A stretch of DNA of 43,302 nucleotides, taken from positions 1 to 43,302 of the forward strand of contig JBPCLO010000050.1 of the NCBI GenBank assembly GCA_051003155.1, given 5' to 3'. Numbering within the stretch: position 1 is the stretch's first letter; the number at the start of each line of letters is the position of its first letter. The DNA is from Fimbriimonadales bacterium (GTDB lineage Bacteria > Armatimonadota > Fimbriimonadia > Fimbriimonadales > ATM1). Both the position numbers and the translations under genes were made by a program. Shown piece after piece: positions 28,597 to 37,414 of this stretch. The notes under the pieces were generated by a model. It saw only the letters and a program-made list of their open reading frames with translations, had not been told where the DNA came from and did no database searches.

Positions 28597-30442
28597 AGTC
28601 CGTCGGTCGCTGCTGGGTTCGCTAAAGCGGCTCATCTTCGGTGCGCCAATCGCGACATCGCGCGCTCACCATGAGCGGCTGTCTCGGTTCTACGGCCTGC
28701 CCGTTTTCGCAAGCGACGCGATCTCCTCGATGGCATATGCCACCGAGGAGATTCTCTTGGTGCTCATTCTCGCCGGATCGATGGCGCTGGGCTTGGTCAC
28801 GAACATCTCCATCGCGATCGCAATCCTCGTGGCCATCGTCATTTTCAGCTACGTGCGCACGATCTACGCATACCCGCAAGGAGGCGGTGGGTATCGGGTT
28901 AGCAGCGACAATCTGGGCTCAAAAGCGGGTCGCGTCGCCGGAGCGGCGCTGCTCATCGATTACGTGCTCACCGTCGCGGTCAGCGTCAGCAGCGGAGTTT
29001 TGGCCATCGTTTCGGCGTTTCCGCAAACAACGCCGTACATGGTGCACATGGGAATCGCGGCAACACTGCTCGTGGCTTGGATCAACCTGCGCGGCACACG
29101 CGAGAGCGGCATGGTTTTCGCGATCCCGACATACAGCTTCATCGCCCTAATCCTTGCGCTGATTGTCGGGGGGATCATAAAGGCAATCGGCGGCGACGTT
29201 GCTCCCGCGACGACGGTGCATCCTCCTGCGAGTGGCGCGTTCGAGGTGTTCGGGATGTGGATAGTGCTAAGGGCGTTCTCCGCAGGGTGTACGGCTCTCA
29301 CCGGGATCGAGGCCATTGCCGATGGCTCCGGCGCGTTCAAAGCCCCGGAAGCGAAGAACGCGAGCCTGACATTGATCACCTTGGGCGTAATCATCGCGGT
29401 GCTCTTTGTTGGGGCAAGCTGGCTTTCGCAGCAGCTCGGCGTAACGCCGCTTCACGTGGGGACGCCGGAATACAAGACGGTGCTCGCCCAAATGGCTGAG
29501 AAGGTATTCGGCATGGGCCCGATGTTCTATGCGATCCAAATTGCGACCATGGTGATCCTCATCCTCGCGGCGAACACTGCGTTCGCGGACTTCCCGAGGC
29601 TCTCGAGTTTTATGGCCAAGGACGGCTACCTCCCGAGGCAGCTATCGAACCTCGGCGACCGCCTGGTCTTTCAAAACGGCATTATGCTTCTCGCGATCGC
29701 GGCCTGTCTGCTTATTTTCGCGTTCCGCGGAGACACCCACAAGTTGATACCGCTCTACGCGGTCGGCGTCTTTACCTCGTTCACCTTGAGCCAAGCCGGC
29801 ATGGTCGTGCGCCAAGTCAACCTGAAAGCGCCAACGTGGGGAGTGATTGCCAGCGTAATCGGGACGATTACAACAGGTGTTGTCATGCTGATCATCCTGG
29901 TGACGAAGTTCAGTGACGGCGCGTGGCTTGTCTTGATCGCAGTGGTGGTTTTGCTGACCTTCTTCTACCAGGTTCGCAAACATTACGACTACCTTGCGCA
30001 ACGCCTGAATGTGGGGCCGGATGAGCACGTCAAACCAATATCAGGCACGGTACTGCTCCTGGTTCCACCCCGAGTTCATCGCGGCATACTGCACGCGATC
30101 GCCTACGCGCAGAACATTAGCGCCGACTGCCGAGCGATTCACATCACCGACGACCCTTCGGCGGTCGAAAACATGAAATCCCAGTGGGACAAGTTCGGTG
30201 GCCATCTGCCCCTGGTCATCCTCGAATCGCCGTACCGGTCCCTGGTCGAGCCCCTGCTCGAATACATCGACCAGGCCGTGTCGGAAGAGCCGAACCACAT
30301 CCTCACGATCATCGTTCCCCAAGCCGTGGCCAAATACTGGTGGCAGTCGATCCTGCACAACAACGCTGCGACACCGATCAAAATGGCCCTAGCATCGCGC
30401 AAGAATGTGGTGATTACAAATGTTAGGTACTTCCTCGAATGA
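28580..30442 (+). CDS. KimA/YdaO-like APC-superfamily transporter (putative K+ importer)
   Basis: SDAISSMAYATEE, AYPQGGG, ALTGIEAI, FPRL, LIPLYAVGVF and ILESPYRSL; TTG start at 28580 is inferred. Confidence 0.85.
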   Translation: MDQEVEVRRSLLGSLKRLIFGAPIATSRAHHERLSRFYGLPVFASDAISSMAYATEEILLVLILAGSMALGLVTNISIAIAILVAIVIFSYVRTIYAYPQGGGGYRVSSDNLGSKAGRVAGAALLIDYVLTVAVSVSSGVLAIVSAFPQTTPYMVHMGIAATLLVAWINLRGTRESGMVFAIPTYSFIALILALIVGGIIKAIGGDVAPATTVHPPASGAFEVFGMWIVLRAFSAGCTALTGIEAIADGSGAFKAPEAKNASLTLITLGVIIAVLFVGASWLSQQLGVTPLHVGTPEYKTVLAQMAEKVFGMGPMFYAIQIATMVILILAANTAFADFPRLSSFMAKDGYLPRQLSNLGDRLVFQNGIMLLAIAACLLIFAFRGDTHKLIPLYAVGVFTSFTLSQAGMVVRQVNLKAPTWGVIASVIGTITTGVVMLIILVTKFSDGAWLVLIAVVVLLTFFYQVRKHYDYLAQRLNVGPDEHVKPISGTVLLLVPPRVHRGILHAIAYAQNISADCRAIHITDDPSAVENMKSQWDKFGGHLPLVILESPYRSLVEPLLEYIDQAVSEEPNHILTIIVPQAVAKYWWQSILHNNAATPIKMALASRKNVVITNVRYFLE

Positions 30443-31233
30443 TTGTTGAATCCATCGATGACATTATCAAGCTGTCGGGCGAGCTGACCTCCAACCAATG
30501 GCAGACCATTCGAACCGCCGCCGGGCTTATCCTTAGACGGCATCCGCACGGCGTCGTCGTCGACTGCGGTGGGATTACAGCGTGCAATGAGGCAGGTGCC
30601 GACACGTTTTACGACATGATGGTGCACGTCGAGCAAAAGAAGGCGCGCATTATCGTTGCGAACCTGCCGCCGGTCGTTCGCGAGGCGCTTTCACATGTTC
30701 CGGAGGTTCGCTCACGCTTGGCGATCGCCAATTCCGTGGACGAAGCGCGTAAGTCGCTCGAACTATCCGAGAGCATCAGCAGGCCCGACGCGAAAGCTCA
30801 TTCGACCGGAATCCTTATCCTCGCGCTTTGCGGTGGTCCGGCCGATTCCTATGCGACTGTTATTGCGAGCGCGCTTGCTCAACTTAGGCATCTGCGGGTG
30901 ACCGCAATGTTTCCGCTCGTGGTTCCCCAAGCCCTGCCGACGGCCACGCCGATGCCCGAGAAAGAGGCTCTCGCGAACCAGGCTCTCCAACAGGCGAAGG
31001 CCACGCTCAAGGCCAAGGGGATTTCTGTGGATTTGATGATCGAGCGCACAAGGACGCTCGCCGGCGCTGTGGAGAGGGCCTGTGCGCAGATCGAAGAACG
31101 AACGACGATCGTATCTCTCCCCGACGTCGACGTCCGCAACGGCGAGCCTGGGAAGACCGCCGAGGAACTCCTCGAGAAGCTGACCCCCGAAGTCATTCTC
31201 GTGAGACACCCGCTCAATGCCCGAAAGCCCTGA
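30439..31233 (+). CDS. STAS-like plus USP-like domain protein
   Basis: N-terminal IIKLSGEL...VVVDCGGITACNEAG (STAS pattern); C-terminal USP-like fold ending EVILVR; start overlaps the transporter stop. Confidence 0.6.
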   Translation: MIVESIDDIIKLSGELTSNQWQTIRTAAGLILRRHPHGVVVDCGGITACNEAGADTFYDMMVHVEQKKARIIVANLPPVVREALSHVPEVRSRLAIANSVDEARKSLELSESISRPDAKAHSTGILILALCGGPADSYATVIASALAQLRHLRVTAMFPLVVPQALPTATPMPEKEALANQALQQAKATLKAKGISVDLMIERTRTLAGAVERACAQIEERTTIVSLPDVDVRNGEPGKTAEELLEKLTPEVILVRHPLNARKP

Positions 31234-32467
31234 TTTCGTCGTCGCGCCGATCGCGGAGTTGCACACGGTCGCGGGCGGCGTAAGGCGGGGCGCAGCCATG
31301 TCCGAGACGGGGCGCATTGCTGATGGCGGACTGGCGATTTCCACCGGCCGCGTGCTGGCGGTCGGCCGATCCAAAGAGATCATTTCCGCGTACCCGGATT
31401 GGCCGCGGCGTAGCGGGCGCCTCGTCACCCCCGGACTCGTGGATTGCCATACGCACATCGTTTGGGGCGGAGACCGGTCGGATGAGTTCTTGCGACGTTG
31501 CCGAGGCGAAACATACCAAGAGATCGCGGCAGCCGGGGGTGGCATCCTTTCGACCATGCGAGCGACCCGTTCTACCTCCGCGGAAGAGCTTTCCGAGGGC
31601 ATCGTTTCCAGGGCAGAAACGATGCTTGCAAGCGGCACAACCTGCCTCGAAATCAAAGCCAGCTACAGCCTGGCGTTAGATGGGTGCAAGAATGAGCTCG
31701 ACGCAATCGGCCTCGCGCGAACCCGGCTGAGCCAGAGGATCGCGGTGACGTTCATGGGGGGCCATGCGCTGCCGCCGGAGTTGTCTCGCAGCGACTTCTT
31801 GCGCTTATTGATGGGAGAGCTGATCCCGATGGCGGCCGCACACCCCGCCGGCTGCTCCTTCAACGACGTGTTTTGCGAAGAGGGCGCTTTCACGGTCGCC
31901 GAATCTGAGGAGATTCTGCGCGCGGGGCTCCGGCACGGGCTCGCGCCGAAAATCCATTCCGACGAGTTTGCGGCGTTGGGCGGGACGCAACTAGCCTGCT
32001 CGCTCGGTGCTGTTAGCTGCGATCATCTGCTGGCGAGCGGCCCCGCCGAGCTCCGAGCATTGGCTGAATCCGACACCGTTGCCGTGACGATGCCGGGTAC
32101 CGCCCTCTATCTCGACAAGGCATATGCGGACGGGCGAAAAATGGTGGACGAAGGCTGCATTGTTGCGCTCGGCACAGATTTCAACCCCGGCTCGAGCATG
32201 CTGTCGTCGATGCCGTTTGTGATGGGCCTTGCGGTTGCCAAGATGGGGCTATCGCCAGCGGAGGCGCTAGCCGCGGCAACCGCCAACGCCGCCCGCGCCG
32301 TCAGGATAGACGCCGGTTCGCTCGAGGTTGGCTCGGTAGCAGACTTCTGCCTCTGGCCCTGTGAATCGCTGGAGCAGTTGATCTACCAATTCACCTTCAC
32401 CCGCCCGGATGAAGTATTCATCGCCGGTTCAAAAGCGGCTAAAATGACTCCCGGCCAGCCGGAGTAG
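31217..32467 (+). CDS. hutI: Imidazolonepropionase
   Basis: PGLVDCHTH, YQEIAAAGGGI, DVFCE, HSDE and TDFNPGS. Confidence 0.93.
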   Translation: MPESPDFVVAPIAELHTVAGGVRRGAAMSETGRIADGGLAISTGRVLAVGRSKEIISAYPDWPRRSGRLVTPGLVDCHTHIVWGGDRSDEFLRRCRGETYQEIAAAGGGILSTMRATRSTSAEELSEGIVSRAETMLASGTTCLEIKASYSLALDGCKNELDAIGLARTRLSQRIAVTFMGGHALPPELSRSDFLRLLMGELIPMAAAHPAGCSFNDVFCEEGAFTVAESEEILRAGLRHGLAPKIHSDEFAALGGTQLACSLGAVSCDHLLASGPAELRALAESDTVAVTMPGTALYLDKAYADGRKMVDEGCIVALGTDFNPGSSMLSSMPFVMGLAVAKMGLSPAEALAAATANAARAVRIDAGSLEVGSVADFCLWPCESLEQLIYQFTFTRPDEVFIAGSKAAKMTPGQPE

Positions 32468-32532
32468 CTCAGGGGTAGAGCGGCTGTTTTGTAAACAGCG
32501 GGTCGCGGGTTCGAATCCTGTCTCCGGCTCCA
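32458..32532 (+). tRNA. tRNA-Thr(TGT)
   Basis: GCCGGAG...GCTGT-TT-TGT-AA-ACAGC...GGTTCGAATCC...CTCCGGCTCCA. Confidence 0.97.
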
Positions 32533-32581
32533 TGTTTTTGAACCTAAATTACTGGGTAAGGCTATTACTCCGTTCATGAAT

Positions 32582-32602
32582 TTGCTAGCAGGTTGCTAGC
32601 AG
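32582..32602. repeat. Direct repeat TTGCTAGCAG x2 (arm-type site candidate)
   Basis: Copies at 32582-32591 and 32593-32602, 50 bp past the tRNA; each contains the palindrome TGCTAGCA. Confidence 0.6.
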
Positions 32603-32665
32603 AGATACTCTCGAACGAAGTTAGAAACCTGGGTATCCCTTCGACGAACGGCAGCGGTTCGGTAG

Positions 32666-33583
32666 CTACAGCGCGGCAAGTTTTCGGATGGCACCCATGG
32701 CCTTGAGCCCGTCGCGCTTGAAGAACTGAACCCCGATACTCACGCCTAGTGCGGGCGCATCGCGCTGGTTTGCGAGGTCGAGCCGGTACCGCTTGGGGCA
32801 TGGAGGGGTTCGTACTGAGCAGAGCATGATGTATAAGGGATAAAATCTCCAAGCCCAATGCCAAAACCCGCTCTCACGCAGCAGGGCGTCCTGCTCGCAC
32901 ACTTCCTTGCGAACGACTTCGTCCCACTGACTAATAGACGCCATGCCCGGAAGCTCTTCGGTTTTGACTTTGGCCGCATACAACCGCTTGAGCTCTATGC
33001 AATATAAGCCAAGATCGATACTCCCGTACGTGTAACCCCTTCCTAATCCTTGCCCCTTCCGAAAGCGTTGGTACGTTTGCTCTAACTCGGCCGGGGATAC
33101 CTCGGAGGCGGCAAAGCAGCCGCATATCCGACCTTCATGCATTTCTAGGAGTACGTCCGCTTCCCCGGAACTAGCTTGCTTTCGAATGCGAAAATGGTTC
33201 CGCAAGAACTTGTACGAATGTCGAAGTTCGGCGGGTGATAAAAATGGGGACGCTTTCACAGTCACGACTCCACCACCTATGGAAAGGCTTAAGGGGTCAG
33301 AGCCGCCCAGACGCTCAAAGATTCCGCCGAACGCTGCCAACGAGAACCGGTCTCCAATCTCTTCCGAGCGGTCGCTCGACGCCTCGTGTGTAATCCATTC
33401 GTTTAAGACTCTCTCTACTCGTTTCTTGCTCTCATTTGCCACGGGGGAGAAGTGACTTTTGAGTACATCTCTGACTCGCTCCGGCTCATGAATGCTGATG
33501 GCGCGGTCCAATTCCTGGTCGCCCTCCTCCTTTGCAACGTACCAATCCTCTATTGCGCACCTCAGTTCTTTGCTGCCTTTCAT
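32666..33583 (-). CDS. Hypothetical protein (305 aa)
   Basis: Long ORF divergent from the excisionase; no recognised motif. Confidence 0.65.
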   Translation of the reverse strand: MKGSKELRCAIEDWYVAKEEGDQELDRAISIHEPERVRDVLKSHFSPVANESKKRVERVLNEWITHEASSDRSEEIGDRFSLAAFGGIFERLGGSDPLSLSIGGGVVTVKASPFLSPAELRHSYKFLRNHFRIRKQASSGEADVLLEMHEGRICGCFAASEVSPAELEQTYQRFRKGQGLGRGYTYGSIDLGLYCIELKRLYAAKVKTEELPGMASISQWDEVVRKEVCEQDALLRESGFWHWAWRFYPLYIMLCSVRTPPCPKRYRLDLANQRDAPALGVSIGVQFFKRDGLKAMGAIRKLAAL

Positions 33584-33690
33584 TTTGAGCAGTATTTTGG
33601 CCCCTCTAGACTGATAGAGACGGCCACGAGTTTGGACGAGTTTCCGTGACTCGTGGACGAATAAGAAAAACTCACGGAGGAAAACTCAAA

Positions 33691-33885
33691 GTGAAGAGCT
33701 TTTATAGAATCGAGGAAGTTGCAGGTCTCCTCTCAATCGGCCGGACGGCCATCTATCAACTGATAAACGCGGGGAAGCTCAAGGCCGTGAAATTCGGCCG
33801 GTGTACGCGGATTGCGGCGGCCGAGCTCGAACGTTTCGAGGCAGAAGCAAACGAAGCGGGCGTCGTCGAACTTCGGGCGAGGTAG
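33691..33885 (+). CDS. Excisionase/AlpA-like HTH protein
   Basis: GTG start with GGAGG RBS; YRIEEVAGLLSIGRTAIYQLINAGKLKAVKFGRCTRI. Confidence 0.9.
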   Translation: MKSFYRIEEVAGLLSIGRTAIYQLINAGKLKAVKFGRCTRIAAAELERFEAEANEAGVVELRAR

Positions 33886-33887
33886 GT

Positions 33888-34151
33888 ATGAACAAGACAA
33901 ACGAAAGGCCCGCCGGGCAAGGCGGCCCAAAAGTACGTTCGTCTCTCCATCGATCGATAAGATCGTACTCCATGATTCTACTCTGTCGGCTCTTGGCCGA
34001 GCGGCAGTGGACTACGAGCTTGATAGGTTCGCTAAGGAGGCTTTGGAATATGAGAGCCCCCAAGCCTAAGCCAAGCGGCTCGGTCATAGACTGCACTACC
34101 GCGCTTACACCACCTTCGGGATCACGAACCTCCCGCGCGGTGGGGGCGTAG
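33888..34151 (+). CDS. Small hypothetical protein, possibly degenerate
   Basis: ATG 2 nt after the excisionase stop with AGGT upstream; begins MNKTNERPAGQGGP. Confidence 0.4.
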   Translation: MNKTNERPAGQGGPKVRSSLHRSIRSYSMILLCRLLAERQWTTSLIGSLRRLWNMRAPKPKPSGSVIDCTTALTPPSGSRTSRAVGA

Positions 34152-34161
34152 TGATTCCGAA

Positions 34162-36294
34162 GTGAGTGCCCTCATCGCATTTGCCGCCGAGCTAAGAAGA
34201 GCCGGTATTCCCTGCGCCGACCCGATTGTGCCGTCCGGTGCGATTGTTCGTTATGCAACCCCCGGCGATAAGAAGTCCAACTGTTGGTATGTTCTCTTTG
34301 GGGACGATAACGCCTTAGCAGGAGCTTTCGGATGTTGGAAGCGCGGTCTTAGTGAGCGCTGGTGCTCGGAATCACCCTCAGGAAGGAAGAGTAACGAACG
34401 CAAGAAGCTTGATGGCCGGATTTCTGAACTTGTCACGGAGCGTGAAGCCAAACTTGCCGCGACTGGGGATGCTGCTGCGCAAGACTGCGAGCAGCGCTTT
34501 CGTGAAGCGCGCCCTGCTCGATCTGACCATGCATATCTGGTTGCTAAGGGTGTGGGAGCGTATGGGATTCGAGAGAGCCAAGGTCGGCTGCTGGTACCTA
34601 TAACAGATGGCAAGGACATTAGGTCGCTTCAAACCATCACCGCATCTGGTGTGAAGGAATTCGAAAAGGGCGGCGAGGTGCGCGGCAACTACTTTCTGTA
34701 CAGCTCCCCGACATCGCGAATATACCTTTGCGAAGGTTATGCAACTGGCGCAAGTATTCACGAAGCGACCGGGCAGCCATTTGCCCTCGCTTTCACATGT
34801 AATAACCTGCTTGCGGCGGCCCAGAACATCCAGGTGCACTATCCAAACGTCGAGATTGTCGTCTGTGCAGACGACGATTGGCTGAGCGACGGCAATCCGG
34901 GGATGGACGAAGCCACGAAGACGGCTAAGGCGATGCGCACGATGCTTGCGAGTCCGGCCTTCGGAGCGAATCGAGGCGAGAAAGACACAGATTTTAATGA
35001 TCTCCACCGTTTGGAAGGCATCACGGCAGTGCGGCGGTGTTTACAAAATGCAGCCATTCCGGGACTTCAACCGCTCGCACAAGTCCTGAACGCGGTTGAG
35101 AAATTCCTGCGCAAATACATAGTCTTTCCATCAGATGCCGAGAGTTGCGCCGTAACGCTGTGGATTGCTCATACTTGGGCACTTGAACATGCGGATACTT
35201 CCCCAATCCTAGCAGTAACGAGCGCGGAGCGTGAATGCGGCAAGACACGCCTTTTCGAAGTGTTGGAACTGATATGCTCGAATCCGTGGCGCGTAGTATC
35301 ACCCACCGAGGCCGTTTTGTTCCGCAAGATCGAGAGAGACTGCCCAACCCTGTTGCTTGATGAGACGGACACTATCTTTGGTGCAAAGCCAGCAGCCAAC
35401 GCGGAGCCCATCAGGGCGATTCTCAACGCAGGCAATAGGCGGGGAGCAACAATTCCGCGTACAGAATCCGAGGGCAGGAAGTTTGTATTGAAGGACTTCC
35501 CCATATTTTGTGCTAAAGCAGTCGCAGGAATCGGGACTTTTCCCGACACCATCACCTCACGCTCCATACCGATTCGATTGCGCAAAAAAACAGCCGCCGA
35601 ACCCATCTGCCGGTTTAGGGTGCGGAAGGCCGAGTTGGAAGCACGACATTTAGCGGAACTGCTCGAAGTCAATGCCAGTTTTTTCGTGCCTACTGAGCTG
35701 GCTGAGGCTGAGATACCGGCTGAGCTTAGCGACCGTGCACAGGAGGGATGGACCTTGCTATTTCAACTAGCTGGGTCCGCCGTCGGAGATTGGCCGCAAC
35801 GAGCCCGGGCGTCGGCTATATCGCTTCATGCAAGACGTCAAGACGACGTGACCCGGGGCGCGCAACTGCTAACGGATATTCGCGTGGCTTTTCGAGAGGC
35901 CGGAGGTGACTTCATTATGACGCGAGATCTTCTTGCCCTTTTGAACGACAACGACGAATCTGGGTGGGCAGAATTGGGTCGCTACGGCATGTCGGGGGCG
36001 AAGCTGGCAAGCCTGCTGGAACCCTACAGGATCAAGCCTTCCCTATCTCGAAACGACTCAAACAAGCCCGCAAGGGGCTATCACCGCAGGGCCTTCGAAG
36101 ATTCGTGGCAGCGCTACTGTGACACTACTACCGAAGAGTGTGTTACAGCCGTTACAACGTTACAGAAGGATTCTGTTGAGTCTAATTCGACTCGACCGGT
36201 TTGTAACGTTGTAACGGCTGTAACGGCTATTCAACGTACGGAGGACAAAAACCAGGATGAATCGGTAACGGTTGGTGAGGAGGTTTGGTTCTGA
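34162..36294 (+). CDS. Primase (Toprim) fused to a DUF3631-type helicase-like domain
   Basis: HAYLVAKG, LCEGYATG, CADDD and TDFNDLH (Toprim); ECGKT Walker A, LLLDE and ITSRSI. Confidence 0.88.
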   Translation: MSALIAFAAELRRAGIPCADPIVPSGAIVRYATPGDKKSNCWYVLFGDDNALAGAFGCWKRGLSERWCSESPSGRKSNERKKLDGRISELVTEREAKLAATGDAAAQDCEQRFREARPARSDHAYLVAKGVGAYGIRESQGRLLVPITDGKDIRSLQTITASGVKEFEKGGEVRGNYFLYSSPTSRIYLCEGYATGASIHEATGQPFALAFTCNNLLAAAQNIQVHYPNVEIVVCADDDWLSDGNPGMDEATKTAKAMRTMLASPAFGANRGEKDTDFNDLHRLEGITAVRRCLQNAAIPGLQPLAQVLNAVEKFLRKYIVFPSDAESCAVTLWIAHTWALEHADTSPILAVTSAERECGKTRLFEVLELICSNPWRVVSPTEAVLFRKIERDCPTLLLDETDTIFGAKPAANAEPIRAILNAGNRRGATIPRTESEGRKFVLKDFPIFCAKAVAGIGTFPDTITSRSIPIRLRKKTAAEPICRFRVRKAELEARHLAELLEVNASFFVPTELAEAEIPAELSDRAQEGWTLLFQLAGSAVGDWPQRARASAISLHARRQDDVTRGAQLLTDIRVAFREAGGDFIMTRDLLALLNDNDESGWAELGRYGMSGAKLASLLEPYRIKPSLSRNDSNKPARGYHRRAFEDSWQRYCDTTTEECVTAVTTLQKDSVESNSTRPVCNVVTAVTAIQRTEDKNQDESVTVGEEVWF
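36142..36224. repeat. Perfect 23-bp inverted repeat of GTTACA units (putative replication origin)
   Basis: GTTACAGCCGTTACAACGTTACA (36142-36164) and its exact reverse complement (36202-36224), with a 37-bp spacer. Confidence 0.85.
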
Positions 36295-36644
36295 CAGCTG
36301 CGGCGCTACTTGAGGTTTTGGAAGATATGGGAGTCACGGTCCGAGTTGACGGTGACAAGCTATCTGTATCGCCAAGGTCGGCGCTGTCACATGCCCTTGC
36401 CGACTCCATCACGAGGAGTAAGCTTGATTTGATCGACGCTTTGGCGGGTATTCCAGGCCCGGGCAGGACGATCGACGAAGCGTCTGTGCCTGCCAGTGCC
36501 AAGCTCGTGCCTCGGCTAGGCTCAATCGTCTCAACGCCTGCGGGCGAAGGACGGCTCGTTTATTTGACTATTCATGGCGCGGTTATTCAGGTGTCGAGCG
36601 GTCTCATGTATACACTGGATCCGCGAAAGGTGCGGGCGGAATGA
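36285..36644 (+). CDS. Small satellite-type hypothetical protein
   Basis: MVLTAAALLEVLEDMGVTVRVDGDKLSV...KLDLIDAL; a pattern typical of small genes next to such primases. Confidence 0.6.
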   Translation: MVLTAAALLEVLEDMGVTVRVDGDKLSVSPRSALSHALADSITRSKLDLIDALAGIPGPGRTIDEASVPASAKLVPRLGSIVSTPAGEGRLVYLTIHGAVIQVSSGLMYTLDPRKVRAE

Positions 36645-36794
36645 CACGGAAAAAGCGTTACCCAACCTACTTCTGCAAGCAATGCCTTCGCGCAAACCTT
36701 ACGTCAGATTCTAATGGACGGTGAACAATTGATTCAGGTGAGTAGGGGCCGCACTGCTGAAACTGCTCAAGGCGGACCGGCCCCCGTCTGTTTA

Positions 36795-37089
36795 CTACGG
36801 CGCTATCTCCCAAACCGTTTGATCGATCGCTGCGTACCAGTTTGGCGTGAGGACGCCGAGGTTGTACCAGCCGATTCGCGCTTTGATGGTCTTGGTTCCG
36901 GGTTGGATGAAGACGCCGTTTCGCCTTCCCGCTTCGCCAGAGCACGCTCGAAGAGCCAAACGATGCAGCCGTAAGTTTTTGCCACTTTTTGTGGACGCCT
37001 CGATTACAGCGTATCTTTCGTCGCAGAAGATCGCCGCCTTTTGCTTCGCGTAGAGCGGCGGTCGCGTACTCAATTGAGCGGGCTGTCAT
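36795..37089 (-). pseudogene. Terminase large subunit N-terminal remnant, frameshifted and fused to an unrelated tail
   Basis: Across frames: MTARSIEY / RPPLYAKQKAAIFCDERYAVIEASTKSGK / TYGCIVWLFERAL (Q motif and Walker A; extra A in GGCAAAAAC). Confidence 0.75.
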
Positions 37090-37414
37090 TCCCTAAATTG
37101 AGAGTAACGTCGACCGTTCGGATCGGCCCATCATCTGCCCCGGTGAGAGGTTGGGCGGCCTTGCCCCAGATACGGTCGAGCATCATTTCACGCGCATGGT
37201 GGTCGCCCTGCATCGCCAGCTGGACTTGCTGCCGTATCACCATCTCAAGGCGGGTCATGACTTTGGGCGGTGCCTTACCGACAGTCTCGTTCAAGACCTT
37301 GACGTAAAGCTCGCGGGCCTGGGCCGCCCTAGCTACTGCCTCCGCGTTGCGCTGGCCCGCCGTGTTGCGACGCGGATCGTGTCCTCGTTGGAAACCTTTG
37401 CCGCGTGGTTTCAT
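37070..37414 (-). CDS. DUF5681-like terminase small subunit candidate
   Basis: RGKGFQRGHDPRRNTAG...AMQGDHHAREMMLDRIWGKAAQPLTGADDGPI, directly upstream of the terL remnant. Confidence 0.7.
   Translation of the reverse strand: MKPRGKGFQRGHDPRRNTAGQRNAEAVARAAQARELYVKVLNETVGKAPPKVMTRLEMVIRQQVQLAMQGDHHAREMMLDRIWGKAAQPLTGADDGPIRTVDVTLNLGNDSPLN

Noticed and set aside
33479..33490. CTCCGGCTCATG as attR of tRNA-Thr
   Set aside because: Only 9 bases match the tRNA 3' end and it lies inside an ORF; consistent with chance.
36641..36724. 27-aa CxxC ORF ending in TGA as a second selenoprotein
   Set aside because: Readthrough adds only six residues and no convincing SECIS-like hairpin follows; probably a remnant.
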